A DNA stretch of 64,000 nt, from assembly GCF_036321535.1 (NCBI RefSeq), contig NC_087436.1:84942001-85006000 (forward strand). The letters run 5' to 3'. The notes beneath the pieces were generated by a model. It was not told the DNA's origin. It saw only the letters and a list, made by a program, of their open reading frames with translations, and did not search any database. The translations under genes were made by a program, and so were the position numbers. The number at the start of each line of letters is the position of its first letter. Position 1 is the first letter of the stretch. The stretch is from Camelus dromedarius (Eukaryota). Below, one piece after another: positions 11,323 to 22,978 of the stretch.

Positions 11323-13699
11323 TTTCAAGGAAGTGCTTTGAGCTGAATTTAGACCCAAGCTTTCAGAGAAAGAAAATTTGGTTCTTAATCATGACCTAGA
11401 CCCCAAGAATTCAGTGTGCAAATATAAATAACACCCACTTTTACCCTTCCAGCACTCTCTCAGTGTCCCACTTTGCCCTGAGATTGGGTCTGTTTCCCTG
11501 CTTCTGTATGCCCGTTACCCTCTTTTTCCCCTGGGCTCTTTCTAGACAGCAGTGTCTTGACTGGGCCTACCTGAGTTATAACCGTCTTGGATTTATGTGC
11601 CTTTTTTATGAGTCTTTAAAAGATAAGCAGCTGCCTGCTTTATCTGTACTAAGTCTGGGTCTTTGCCCAGATGTCTTTATGTTTTCAAAATAATGCCTAC
11701 TTAAGCTTCATACTTTTATATTATATTCCTGATAATTTCAAATTATCTTTTCATAGCTTCATGGATCTGAATTTCTTTTGGTCATGGACTTCTAACAGTG
11801 ACTTCACACCCCTGGCCTTCTATTTGCCATCTGTTGGTAAATGAAAACTGTAGAGTTTAATACTTTATGCTTCCTGCCTGGAAATCTAACGCATTGATAT
11901 CATCTTTGTCATCAGTTTTGATATTGCTTACTTCAGGAAAATTACTATGCTGGCTCGTGGCATTTTCACTTCCCTAATTTTAGGACTTTTGGGTGTGATA
12001 TGTTTTTAAGAAACATCCAGTATATTAATAATAGACAAGAGATAGTGTCACACAAGCACATGGGACCTTGATGATTGAGGTCCCTGGGGATTCAGAAGAG
12101 CAAATTATAGAGTACATTTTATGTCTTGGACAGGGAGCAGATACTATAATGAATTTTTAAGTTAGCAATTTGTTTAGTCTCCTGAGGCCCTGGCAGCTTG
12201 CTGAGGTTACAGGGGTAAAAAGCACCTGCAGAGAGGAATTTCTCAGTCAGAATCAACATTTAAAGTAGTGGTGTGTTAATGCTTAAAAAGAAATCCTGCA
12301 GGCATTTTTTATAACTTCTAGCCTTTACAGCTGGATCTAACAAATGATGCTCCAAGAGGGTGAGCCAGCTTGCCATTTTCCAGGCTCTAGTTTCCATTAT
12401 TTATGTCTTTTCTAGTAGAGCCTATGGCACATTCTTAAATTAAAAACTTAGCTTTGCTAAAAGTACAGCCCAGTACCTGAATGGAGGCCTCTGGAAAATG
12501 CCACTGGGCCGCCATCTTTTTTTTTTTTTTTTAAACCCTTCTGTTCTTATTTAAGTATAGTCAGCCATTTAACTTAAAATCAAGTACACTTTCAAAAAGG
12601 CTGAGTTCATGGTGCTGTTCTTTGAAAAATGAATCCTTATGTCGTTAGTGTTTGATTAGGTGTTCAAAGAGGAGTTTTCATCACAGTGTCAAGTGGAGAT
12701 GTGTCATAAAAATTTCGATGAGAACTCAAAAGAAAATTGAAGATTCCGTGAGTTTTTATGATATTAGCACAAAGGAATTTGAGTTTAAAAGAGAAACCAG
12801 GTGCTTTGGTGTCTTCAACAATAGGCTAAAGAAGTTCTGAACTAAATTCCAACGTAGTCCTATGGACCATAGTTTTCTGAGGGACCAAAAACAGGGAAAT
12901 AAGGAATATACGATCGACTTCCCTCCCCTTCCCCAAAAGAGAGGAAGATATGGACCTTGGTGCTTGGACAGGCTAACTCCTGATACCTTGTTTGACACTG
13001 CACGTGTGAGTCCCCTACAGGCCTCGAGTGCAGATGTAGTCCTGTTAACGTTGTTGCCTAGATCACGGTAAGTCTTGGCCACCATTTTATCCTCTCCTTA
13101 AATGTCCCTCCTGTGTCAGACATCCCCAAGGTGGTATCTGCTTGTGTTCAAAAACTTACCCACTCAAATTCTTCTACTCTTGCCTTCTCACTAAGCTCTT
13201 CCTGCTGCCCTGGGAACATCTCGGCACAGTACCAATGGTCTTCCAGTCTGTAATGGGACAGAATGGGCTTCTTCTCCATGCCCTTCAGTTTCATGGTTGT
13301 GATTCAGACCAGATCCTTGGATGGTGAAGGGGAGAACTCCATCCTATTCTATCCATCTCCTTGTCTTTCCTCCTCTGGGCACCCCTGCTCACCCGGAAAA
13401 GAACTGCTTCTTCTTCAATCAAAAAATGATCCCCTTTGATTACCAACTCATGCTGATAGATTTCTACAGGGATCACTGGGTCACCAATTCTGCAAACTGC
13501 AATCTGTCTGGATACAGGACACCCTGCTATATATGCAGTTTTCCTTGAAAAACAGGAAGTGAAGGAGCTATGCAAGTACACTGGTCAGTGCAATAGTGAA
13601 TTTCCAGACAAGCTTAAAGGACAAACCAGACTCATCCAAGGAATGCTAATACCTTTTGATTGATCTTTAAGATTCTCTGCTGGCTGTGATAAATATAAC

Positions 13700-14066
13700 C
13701 TTATTTATTTATCCCTCATTTCTCTGTGTTACAACTGAACACTGTAAAAAAGATATAAAGACCACAGAAACTTCAAAATGAAACATTCAGTATTTCTACC
13801 CTCAAAAAATAAACCCTAACAATTATCTATCATACATAGATTAAAAATTATCTATCATACATCTCTTTTTTATGTGTGCACTTTTCCTTTCTCTCTTTCC
13901 CTCTCTCCACACACATACATTCTGTATGTTGTGTAATATATCTTCCTTTTCCCCTCTTTGTGGTATACAGAAATGTACCTCACTTGTAATAGGTATATTG
14001 TGTGGTATATTATGTAGAATATTATAATTTTATCAACTAGCCATCCATTCATGGACATTTGAGTTA
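13700..14066 (-). mobile_element. Old L1M (L1ME-like) fragment
   Basis: Ends in ccattcatggacatttgagtt; degenerate AT-rich antisense L1 3' region. Confidence 0.45.
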
Positions 14067-14849
14067 TGAAATATTGTATTTAGAAACTAAGCAATATATC
14101 ACAATATTATCTGTCATAAATAACAATTGAATGTCAGCCAATGACACAATGCATTTTTCAGCAGAATGAAGTCTGAGTACTTTCTGGTGCTTCTAATAAA
14201 TATTCACAGCAGGAAAGGACTCTAAAGAAGGATCTTGTTTATGCTTATTCCACCTAAATAAATCATTTGTGTGTTTTAATTCTAGATTCACCAAGTCATT
14301 AGCATTCAAATGTAGTTGAGAGCATAAGTTCATTTCAAAAGCATGCTTGGGATTTTGCAGTTTTACAATTTATAGCAAGAACCAGACCGACTCAATACTT
14401 TTCTAATAAATAATATCTTTAATCACTGTCCTACTTAAGCAGGTAAATGATTATTCTTTATTGTACAGTGGACCCAGAACTGTGATGGATTAAGTTTCTA
14501 ATTCTTTCTCCCTGCTCTGTTGTGCCTGCACTGCCAGTCCCTCCCTGTCTACAGACAGATGAAGGAGTACCTCACATCCTGGCTTCCTTCACTGCCATGG
14601 TCAGCAGGAGATGACTATTGCCCAGAGGCCCTATCCAGGTCAGCTTGACCTGGATACCCAGCCTCCCCAAGGACTCATAGAATGAATCCCATCATCCCTC
14701 ACATTCCACCAGAAGGCCACGCCTCTCCAGGGCATCCGAATTGTCTGTGCCCTCTGCTGCCATCTGCCGTCTCTGCCCACCTGACCCAACTTGCTACTTT
14801 TCTCCAACCTCCCAAAACTCTTCCCCATGCCATTTGGAATTGATGAGCT

Positions 14850-16570
14850 ATCAGGGCAAACTATTCTAGATCCCCAGCCACTACTCTGAAAGCCCTCACC
14901 ACCTGCTCAACCTAATTGAAACCTGGGTGCTTCCTGCAGACATCAGCTCCCCTGCAGCCCTCTCCAGCTTAGTATTGATGTTCCATTTTTGCTATGATGT
15001 TATTGTTAGTAGTAATATTCACAGTGCAAGTTCCACAGGCCCTGGAGCTTGGGGTGAGTGTCCCCTTAGTACCCTATTGTGGCTTCCAGATCATATCTCT
15101 TTCATCCTTTAAACACCCAACTCCTTGGAATTTTGTGCTTTTAGACTTTACCACCCATCTCTGTTGCTACGGCCCCTAGGTCCCATTCACTGCTGACCAG
15201 ACTGCTTCACTATCTTCCTATCACTAGTTGCTGGCTTTGTTCTTGGAGATTTGCATCCAGTACCTTGCTTGCTTCTTTGATCCTGGATTGGTTCCCTCCA
15301 CCTCCACCACCACTCCTACAGTCGGAAGTTTGACTTTCTGTTACCAGTGACAGGACTACCTCCCGGATCTTTACTGCAAATATACTTCTCTTGACCAGTA
15401 TCTTCTATGCTTCTAGCTTGCCTATTCTAGACCTTCTGAGACAGGAAGGAAGGGGACAGGGCACAGCCATTCAAGGAATGACACAGCAATTAACACCAAG
15501 GTGGCAGAAAATTCAACTCCCAACAGACCTTGAGGCCCAAAATGGTAGGAGATTTGACTTCCAGTAGACTTTAAGCTTCATTATATGCTCACTTTAATAT
15601 ATTAACGTGGTACATGGCACTCCCACAGGTGCCATGACAGTTCCAAGGCTAACCATCAAAGGTCAAAAAGTGGGCAGTGGCCCAATTCCTGGGAATCCCT
15701 GCTCCTTCCCCAAAGTAGCTGAAATAATCCTCCCACTTGTTAGCATATGAAGTTACTGAGCCCATAAAAGCTAACAACCCCCACTCCTCATGGCTGCTCT
15801 CCCTTCTGAGTGAGACGGCCCACACTATCTATGTAGTGTGTAACTACTTTTACTTTAAACTAAGCAATCCCCACACCTTGTGGCCCTTCTCTTGCCTTCT
15901 GAGACTGCCTGCACTGTCTATGAAGTATGTATCTCTCTAAATAAATTTAACTTTACTCAACTATGCCTCACTCTTAAATTCTTTCCTGTGCAAAGCCAAG
16001 GACCCATACTTGGCAGGGCACATCCCAGGGTCTCAACTGAGACCTGGGACACGGCCATCTTCTCACCCCGCATTTTCCTGTATCACTTCCACTCCAGCAG
16101 GTCATTTGGACCTTTAATCCATTGACCTCTTTCTTTTCTTCTTTTCCTGTCATTCTTCCTGCTTTTATTGTTGGTTCTCTTCATATCCAGTCTAGATTCT
16201 TTGTTCTGCAAATATCCTCACCCTCTCCCATCTCCCTCCTTCTCCTAAACCTGCAACTAAATAAATCATGTGGAGAAAAACACTCAAGCGTGTTAACAAG
16301 TCTCTTTAAATTCTGCACTATAATTCCACTTTATTTCCTTGATATATTAGCATTCCTTTTGCCTAACGTGGCTTTTTCCCTTATTTTCCTGTCTCTTAAA
16401 TTCTTCTCCCCACTTGCATTGATCTGATGATCTTGCCTTTAATACTGGTTAATAAGACAAATAATAAAGCAGGAACCCCCTCATCATTCTGTCATGATTC
16501 CATCAAACAACTTTTATCTGTAACCAGAGTCTCCATTTTACTCCTGTTTCTGTGAATGAAGCTTTCTTGA
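14850..16570 (+). mobile_element. L2 ORF2 remnant including endonuclease region, split by the LTR at 15437-16085
   Basis: Degenerate APE-endonuclease motifs in expected order: LIETWV (~14912), VLGDL (~15239), LD (~15331), LDQ in place of SDH (~15390); pyrimidine-rich L2-like sequence resumes after the LTR. Confidence 0.65.
15437..16085 (+). mobile_element. Intact ERV1 solo LTR, MER41-like
   Basis: TG...CA ends; perfect 4-bp TSD cttc (15433-15436 / 16086-16089); MER41 hallmarks tcattatatgct...cactcccac...gccatgacagtt, aataatcctcccacttgttagcata; CATAAAA at 15763; AATAAA at 15940. Confidence 0.9.
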
Positions 16571-16589
16571 GTGTATTTTTTATTACAAA

Positions 16590-16760
16590 TTTTTTATTGA
16601 AATACAGTTGGCTTGCAATATTATATTAGTTTCAGGTGTACAACATAGTGATTCAATATTTTTATACATTACACAATGATCACTGTAAGTCTAGTTACCA
16701 TCTGTCGCCATACAAGGTTATTATAGTATTATTGACTATATTCCCTATGCTGTACATTTC
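16590..16760 (-). mobile_element. L1 (L1MA9/10-like) 3' end
   Basis: ttttattgaaatacagttg...ttagtttcaggtgtacaacatagtgattc...ttccctatgctgtac. Confidence 0.85.
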
Positions 16761-16802
16761 TGAAAATATTGGACACCAGCCCCTCCTCTTGTGCCCTGGT
16801 CC

Positions 16803-17283
16803 TGTCAACTGAAAAGAAAAATGCACAGTGTGAGAGCTGTGACTTTCAGTTTTATTTGGGAACTTTCTGAGGATTATAGCCCAGAAGACAGCCTCTCAGA
16901 TAGCTCTGAAGAACTGCTTCAAAGAGGTAGAGGAGGAGCCAAGATACATATGCATTTTTCTGGCTGGGAAATACTGGTAGTCAAGCATACATCTTGGTAA
17001 AAGGTTACTGCTAGTCAAGGTTACAATAGCAAGCTTGGTGAAAGGTTACTGGTAGTTAATGAATTTAGTGCTTTCCTATGTATGGGAAAAAGAAGAATCT
17101 GAGGTCATTGAAATTCTCCCTTAGGTATGCAGTTTAACTCTCCAGGGGCCTCTATATCCAAGACGCAGAATGCTGCTTCCTAAATTCCTCTCAGGGGGTC
17201 CTTGTAGGTCCTCGACTGCAGTGGCTCATGACTTGATCCTTGTAGAACTGGAATGGCGGGCACCAGCTTTGCTCATGGTGCCA
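16803..17283 (-). mobile_element. ERV1 solo LTR, same group as 8443-8950
   Basis: tgtcaactgaaaagaaaaa...tgaggattatagcccagaagacagcctctcagatagctctgaagaactgcttcaaagaggt. Confidence 0.75.
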
Positions 17284-17316
17284 TCCTCTCTCAGTCTCAG
17301 GGACGGGCTCCAGTGG

Positions 17317-17566
17317 TAGTTTGCCTTAGTGGCTTGGTACACGGGCTCTGGGAGTCAGACGGCTTAAGCGTGAATCTCGTCTGTGCCATCTCCTAGGTGT
17401 ATGAGCTTCGGAAAGTCATGTAATTGCTCTGTGCCTCTGTTGCCCCATCTGTAAAATGCAGTGGTATCTACTTTGCCAAGTTCTTGTGCAGATTAAAGGA
17501 GTAAATTTAGTGCAGTGCTGAGGACAGGGCGGGGCTCCCAGTGAAGGCTGTGTCTGCGTTAGCTGC
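17317..17566 (+). mobile_element. MIR SINE, near full length
   Basis: gggctctgggagtcagac...ctctgtgcctctgttgccccatctgtaaaatg...cgttagctg. Confidence 0.8.
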
Positions 17567-17569
17567 TCC

Positions 17570-17850
17570 TCACCCGGGCAGCTCCTCCCTCCAGCACACA
17601 GATGTGCTCTAGTGATTTCATCTTGAACAAACCGACCCTTCCCTTCTCTTCACATTTCCCCAGCACTTCAGCTACCGCTTTGTTTCTCAGCTCCTCCAAA
17701 CAACAAAGGGTTCCCTTTAGTCCAAGCTTCTCTTGCCTGGATTGCTGCAGGAGTTTTATGATCCATCCCCTGGAAATCAGATAATGTCACTGACTAAAAA
17801 GGTCTCCTAGGAATAAAACCAACACTCCTATTCTGGCATGCAAGGCCTGG
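17570..17850 (+). mobile_element. L2 fragment
   Basis: tagtccaagc...tcttgcctggattgctgcag...ggaataaaacc...ctggcatgcaaggcc. Confidence 0.6.
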
Positions 17851-17852
17851 AT

Positions 17853-18368
17853 TGTTTAGATAGTGCCTCAGTGATCCTGAAGCACAGACCACCCTAAAAA
17901 CTCTGGCTGAAAGCAGCTCTTGTTCTGCTGGGTCTGCTGGTCTGCCAGGGCAGCTCTGCTGATTGCAGCTGCTTTGCTCACATGCGTGCAGGTTGGTGCA
18001 GGGCTGGCTGGCCTAGGCTGTAGGGACTAGGCAGCTCTGCTTCCAGCTGCAGGTTTGCTCTGGCCCGTTCTGCTCCCGGTGTCTCTCATTCTCCTCTTGG
18101 ATGACACCAGTCACCAATAGGCTGTGGCAGAGCACCAGAGGACGTACCTAAGCATCTGACACAGTTCTTGTGTCACTTATGCTGGCATCCCATCTACCAA
18201 AGAAAATGTCGTGGCAAACCCGAAGTCCAGGGATGGGGAAATAGGCTTCCTCTTGTGACAGAAATTACAAAGTGGGCATGTCAAAGGACATGGACTAGTG
18301 TGTGTATGTGTGTGTGTATGTGTGCATGAGAGAGAGATTGGGTCTAATATTTCAGTTTCCTGCACCAT
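17853..18368 (-). mobile_element. MLT1H/G-like MaLR LTR
   Basis: gggcagctctgctgattg...ggctggctggcctagg...catcccat..ccaaagaaaatgtcgtggcaaacccgaagtc. Confidence 0.7.
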
Positions 18369-19361
18369 CCTCTGACATCTCACACCAGTTAACTCCTTGC
18401 CCACAATGCTCAGGTCTTCTCTCTGTTCCTTTGGCACAACCAATTCCCACTCTAGGGCTGTTTGCACTACATCACTATGCTATAAATTTACACGTAGCTT
18501 TAGCACTAACATTTGGTTTCCAGAGGATTCTAGTGACATGACAGCTATTCCTTTTCTTTCTTCATTGTTTTTAGCCCTTAAATTTTATATTATTTTTGAT
18601 GATCTGTACCTTTAGAGCCTTCATTGACTTGAGGGTAGATAGGAAAGCCTTTCAGATTCACCATCGAATCAATAAAACACTTTTATTTTCCTCTAATACT
18701 ATGAAACCTGTCAAAGATGAAAAACAAATTAATTTGCTCTACAGTTGCTCAATAGGAATAATGGATAGTAGGCAGAGCCCTATGAGGAAAAAGCAAATCT
18801 AATGGAACTTTAGAATTTGGGAGTTGAGATGACTTGGATTTTGTGCATTTGAGCTTCTGGATTTAATAGATGCCATTTTCTAAGCATTTGAATTACTTTT
18901 TTTATTTATTCACATTACGAGATATTCAGTGGTCAGTTGGGTGTTAATTTGCCCAGTGCATACCAGGCAGCTTTTGGAGGTCTCCTGTGACTCTAGGGGA
19001 GCAAAGTTTGCAAAGAGGGAAGGACCAAATATAAAATGCAGGTCGGGGGTTGGCCCCAGAGGCACTTCAGCAACTGGCTCATGGATGAAAGGGACTGGTG
19101 GAGAGGGAATTCAAGGGACTGTATTTTTGGCTTCCAAGAGAGGGGTTTGGGACCTGGGGACAGGGCGTTCTCCTTCCTTATTTGGCAGAACTTAGGCTTA
19201 GGGAGTGGTCAGGAACCACTTTCCTGGTGAAGAAAAGGGGAAGCTTCACTACAGTCCTTGCAGGACCCAGGCCCAAAGTGGGGGAGGGCGTGTGTGTATG
19301 TGTGTGTGTGTGTCCTTTGTGGCCTTCTGCACAGCTGAGAAGCACATCGTCATCACAATCA

Positions 19362-19690
19362 TGGTAAAGAACTAGCATAATTGAGGGCTTTCTGTAGGTC
19401 AGCTATTATGATAAATGCTTTACACCTGAACTCATTTAACCCTTATAATAACCTTTGGCAGTTCTGTTATTATCATTTCCATGTTAAAGATGAGTTAATG
19501 GAGGAGGGTGTGTATAGTTCAGTGGTAGAGCACATGTTTAGCATGCATGAGGCCCTGGGTTCAATCCCCAGTACCTCCATTAAAAAAAAAAAGTTGTGTT
19601 AATGGAGGAGCAAAGAGTTTTCAAAGGACACTCAAGTGATAGAATCAGATTTGAGCTCGAGTCTGTCTGATGATAGCACTGTGCAACACC
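19362..19690 (-). mobile_element. MIR interrupted by a camelid SINE
   Basis: aatgctttacacctgaactcatttaacccttataataacc...ccatgttaaagatgag; MIR resumes after 19605. Confidence 0.75.
19501..19589 (+). mobile_element. Camelid Vic-1-type SINE, short form
   Basis: tatagttcagtggtagagcacatgtttagcatgcatgaggccctgggttcaatccccagtacctcc plus A-tail; TSD aaagatgagttaatg 19486-19500 / aaagttgtgttaatg 19590-19604. Confidence 0.9.
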
Positions 19691-21204
19691 GCCAAGAGCA
19701 GGGGGTGCAGAGTCCAGGTGAGAAGCACGGGGACTCACTACAGCCTGCGGACCTGGCCTACTGCACCCCCTCAGGGAACGCAGTACAGCACCTGGGGCTC
19801 CGGGGTGGAAGCAGCAGGGAACAAAGGGACTCAATCTACAAGCTGCTACTGCCTGCATTTCAGCCACTGTGGGAGGGAAAGGTATTGTTGTGACTATGGT
19901 GACCAGAGGGGATGATTTAAGGATTTACCTGTGATTGTGGCTGAAGCAGTGAGCATTGTTCATATCTGGGTCAGGAACAGTCTGTGGGCCTCCCTGGGCC
20001 CCGGCTGGAGACCAGAGAGCCTGACATCCCTGAAAGGCCTGGCTTAGTTTTATCAACAAGGAAGCTGATGTATATTATTACCTATCCCATTGTGTTGCTT
20101 ATTAGCATTTATCCAACAAGGTGCACCTGGAGTAGGCGCCCTGCATTCTTGTTATGAATAGTTCTGTTACTCTCCAGGCACACAGCTGCTTCTGGCATAG
20201 CTCCCTGTCCTCAGAGCTGATGACCAGGTCTCGTTCCCTGGGGGGGCCTCCTGGTGTCTCACTACAGCCCTGTCCTGTCACTCATCTCCCCTCTGGCCCC
20301 AGGGAAGACAAGGAATTGGAGGTACTCAGAAGGCAGGAAATAGGGTGGTATCCGACCAGCTATGTTTTATCTCCTACAAATAAGTGCATGAATTAAGACA
20401 AAATAGCAGTGGGAACACTTTTTCAATCAAGAATAATCATCACCATGCAACCGAGAGCCATAAAGCCTAAAAGCAGCTCAACTGGTTTTTTATTTCCTTT
20501 ATTTTTGGTTTGGTTACAGCAGTATTCTGATAGCTCATTTATGCTCATGCCTCCCTCTTACAGCCTGGACTTTTATATGGGGAATAAAGGCTCAGAGAAA
20601 GGAAAGAACGAGAGATATAGGGCACTTTTGTCAAAAGGGAGTTTGTAATTTAAAAAGAATGACAAACCACAAAAATGTATTATCCAATTGGTACACCAAT
20701 AAGGTACTGTGTAAAGTCTCAAAATGTACAGACAATGGGGAAATGAGAGTAGATAATAAGGAACAAAATGTGTCTAAGTATACCAAATTCAGAAGTCAAG
20801 GTGGGGAGAATCAAGGTAAATGGTCATTTTCAAGAGAGGCTTCACCTGTCAATCTTGAGATAAGAGCTATCGATCCTACAGAGGCATCCTCAGATCACAG
20901 TCTTAATAGCATCTTAGAAACAGTCTTTGCAAAAGACTAATCATACCATGATGTATAATGTCAACTCTAAATGACAGGTAAGTGAGAAGTTAGCCATTAA
21001 TGTTCTGGGTAGGTGTGAATTCTGTTATTACTTGAAGGGGACAGCACTATTGTAGCTTGGGAGTTTGCTCCCCAAAGTGATATTTTCCTGTCTAGGGAGG
21101 ATAAAAAAGATCCTTTGTGTGGGGTTTTGCTTTTGCTATTATGGAGTCTGAGTGCTATGCCCCATGTTATCCTACAAAGAGACTGGAGGCCCTGGACCAG
21201 TGGG

Positions 21205-21312
21205 AGGTACAACAGAGTGTGGCATGTTAGTAAGGAACTGGGCTTTTTAGTCCTGATGTTGCCTCTAATTAGCCCTGCAACTTTGGACAAGTTCCTTAAC
21301 TTATTTTTGAGT
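21205..21312 (+). mobile_element. MIR fragment
   Basis: gcctctaattagccctgcaactttggacaagttccttaac. Confidence 0.6.
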
Positions 21313-21619
21313 ATGTTTGGATATGTTTATTAACCATGTTTCTAGCTTCTGTCAGTTTGATGCTTTAACATCTGCCCTACATGTATGTGCTGGACATGCC
21401 TTGTTCTGGGCAACCCAATGATATGCCTTAATCACCTTGCCTTGATCTCCTGCCTCCCTCATTCCCTCTGTGGGCCCCCTCCCTCTGCTTAATGACCAAA
21501 CCTTGGTGCTTCCTCATGTGGCCCCCACCTCTTGGGAACTGTCTTTCCAATAGCAGTCATCTCCTGATCTGTTGGCCTCCCAATACCTCAAATTAATACA
21601 CTTGATTTTAAAACAGTCA

Positions 21620-21990
21620 AGAACTGATGCTACTCTAAGCCTGCTTAACTGCAGTGGAGGCTCAGAAGGATGAGAACTGGGAACTGGGAAGACAGTTTTT
21701 CTAGGTTGCAGGAGCCAGTTGTCTTTGCTCTGCTCTGCGTACCTGCTTCATTCTTCTTGCTTTCTGAGAGCTGGCTTCCTTTGCTGTCCTGGGCATGATT
21801 CATCTGAGTCGTCCCCAAATGATGCTCTTGGTTGACAAGTCTGTTCAAATCCAGCATTCATATCTTACTGCCTTAGACTTTCTCTGTCCTTTCAAACTCC
21901 TGTGAGAAAAAAATCTGATCAGGTCAGTCTAGCTTTGGGTCAGCTGTCCATTAGTCACCTGCATCGAGAGGGTAGGATAGACATGGCTTA
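21620..21990 (-). mobile_element. Old MLT1 (K/L-like) LTR remnant
   Basis: ctgcttcattcttct...ctggcttcct...aaatctgat...cagctgtcca. Confidence 0.45.
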
Positions 21991-22592
21991 CAGAGGGGAA
22001 GTGAGAGGAGCAGGACCGTTGACTAATGTCTAGTACCTGAGGGCATTTTGCAGTATTTTTTAAAAAAAGTATTTAAAGGGATTCCACTTTTTAAAAAATC
22101 ATAAGTAACTGAAAAGATGGCAAGTTAATATTCTTCAAAACCAGATTTGTTTGGTCAGGCAGCTCATTTTGCAAAGAACAAAGATAAAATCGAGAGGTCT
22201 AGAATGTTATTAAACCCAGTCTCCTGGTAGGAATTACAAATTGATGACTTCCCAGAGTCCTAAAGCAAATTCTAAAAATCACACCTTTGGTTAAAATTAT
22301 AAGTAAACAATAAGTTTATTGTTTGAAGTTTTGGGAAAGCTAAAACTTGGAAATTATTTAACAATAAAGGAAGAATTGTTTCAGAGACAGTTGAAATATT
22401 ATGAAAGGCTAGCAAATATTTAAAAGTAACAGCAAGTGTACTTATTAGAGTTTGAAAGGGTAAAGAGACTTTAATTTGGCTAAAATAAAAAATCCAACAT
22501 TAGAACTTACAATTTTTAAAAATGGGATGATTTAATTATTTTTGTTTCAAGAGGTATTCTGTAAATGATAAAGAAGTACCGTGGAGCTCCTT

Positions 22593-22978
22593 TGTTGTGG
22601 GCTGAATATTCGTATGTCCCCCAAATTTGTATGTTGAAGCCCTAACCCCCAGCTTGGCTGTGTTTGGAGATGGGCGCCTTCAGAAGTAAAGTGAAGTGAG
22701 GTCATGGGGTGGGGCCCTCATCTGATAGGAATAGTGTCTTATAAGAAAAGACACCAGAGGGCTCTCTCTCCATGTGCATGCAACGAGGAAAGGCCATTTG
22801 AGGACACAGCAAGAAGGTAGCCGTCTGCTAGCCAGGAGGAGAGTTCTCATCAGGAACCGAATCAGCCAGCAGCTTGATCTTGGACTTCTAGCCTCCAGAA
22901 CTATGAAGAAATAAATTTCTGTTGTTTATGTCACCAAACCTTGATATTCTGTCATAAGTAAGTACAAGCAGACAGATA
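22593..22978 (+). mobile_element. MLT1A-type MaLR solo LTR
   Basis: tgttgtgggctgaat...gatcttggacttctagcctccagaactatgaagaaataaatttctgttgttta; 5-bp TSD tcctt/ccctt. Confidence 0.9.

Noticed and set aside
13142..13581. Overlapping ORFs suggesting a processed pseudogene near the poly(T) at 12517
   Set aside because: No recognisable protein in the frames I translated and no TSD found.
8443..17283. Two related, co-oriented ERV1 LTRs about 8.8 kb end to end, suggesting a full provirus
   Set aside because: The LTRs differ substantially from each other, and the interval holds older L1M/L2 and unique DNA with no gag, pol or env remnants. They are independent solo LTRs.
19501..19580. tRNA-Ala-like sequences (also at 5390-5460, 28194-28270 and 60980-61064) as tRNA genes
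   Set aside because: A-rich tails, TSDs and copy-specific mismatches identify them as SINE heads.
20659..20940. 93-aa ATG-initiated ORF
   Set aside because: Purine-rich sequence resembling decayed antisense L2; no recognisable domain.
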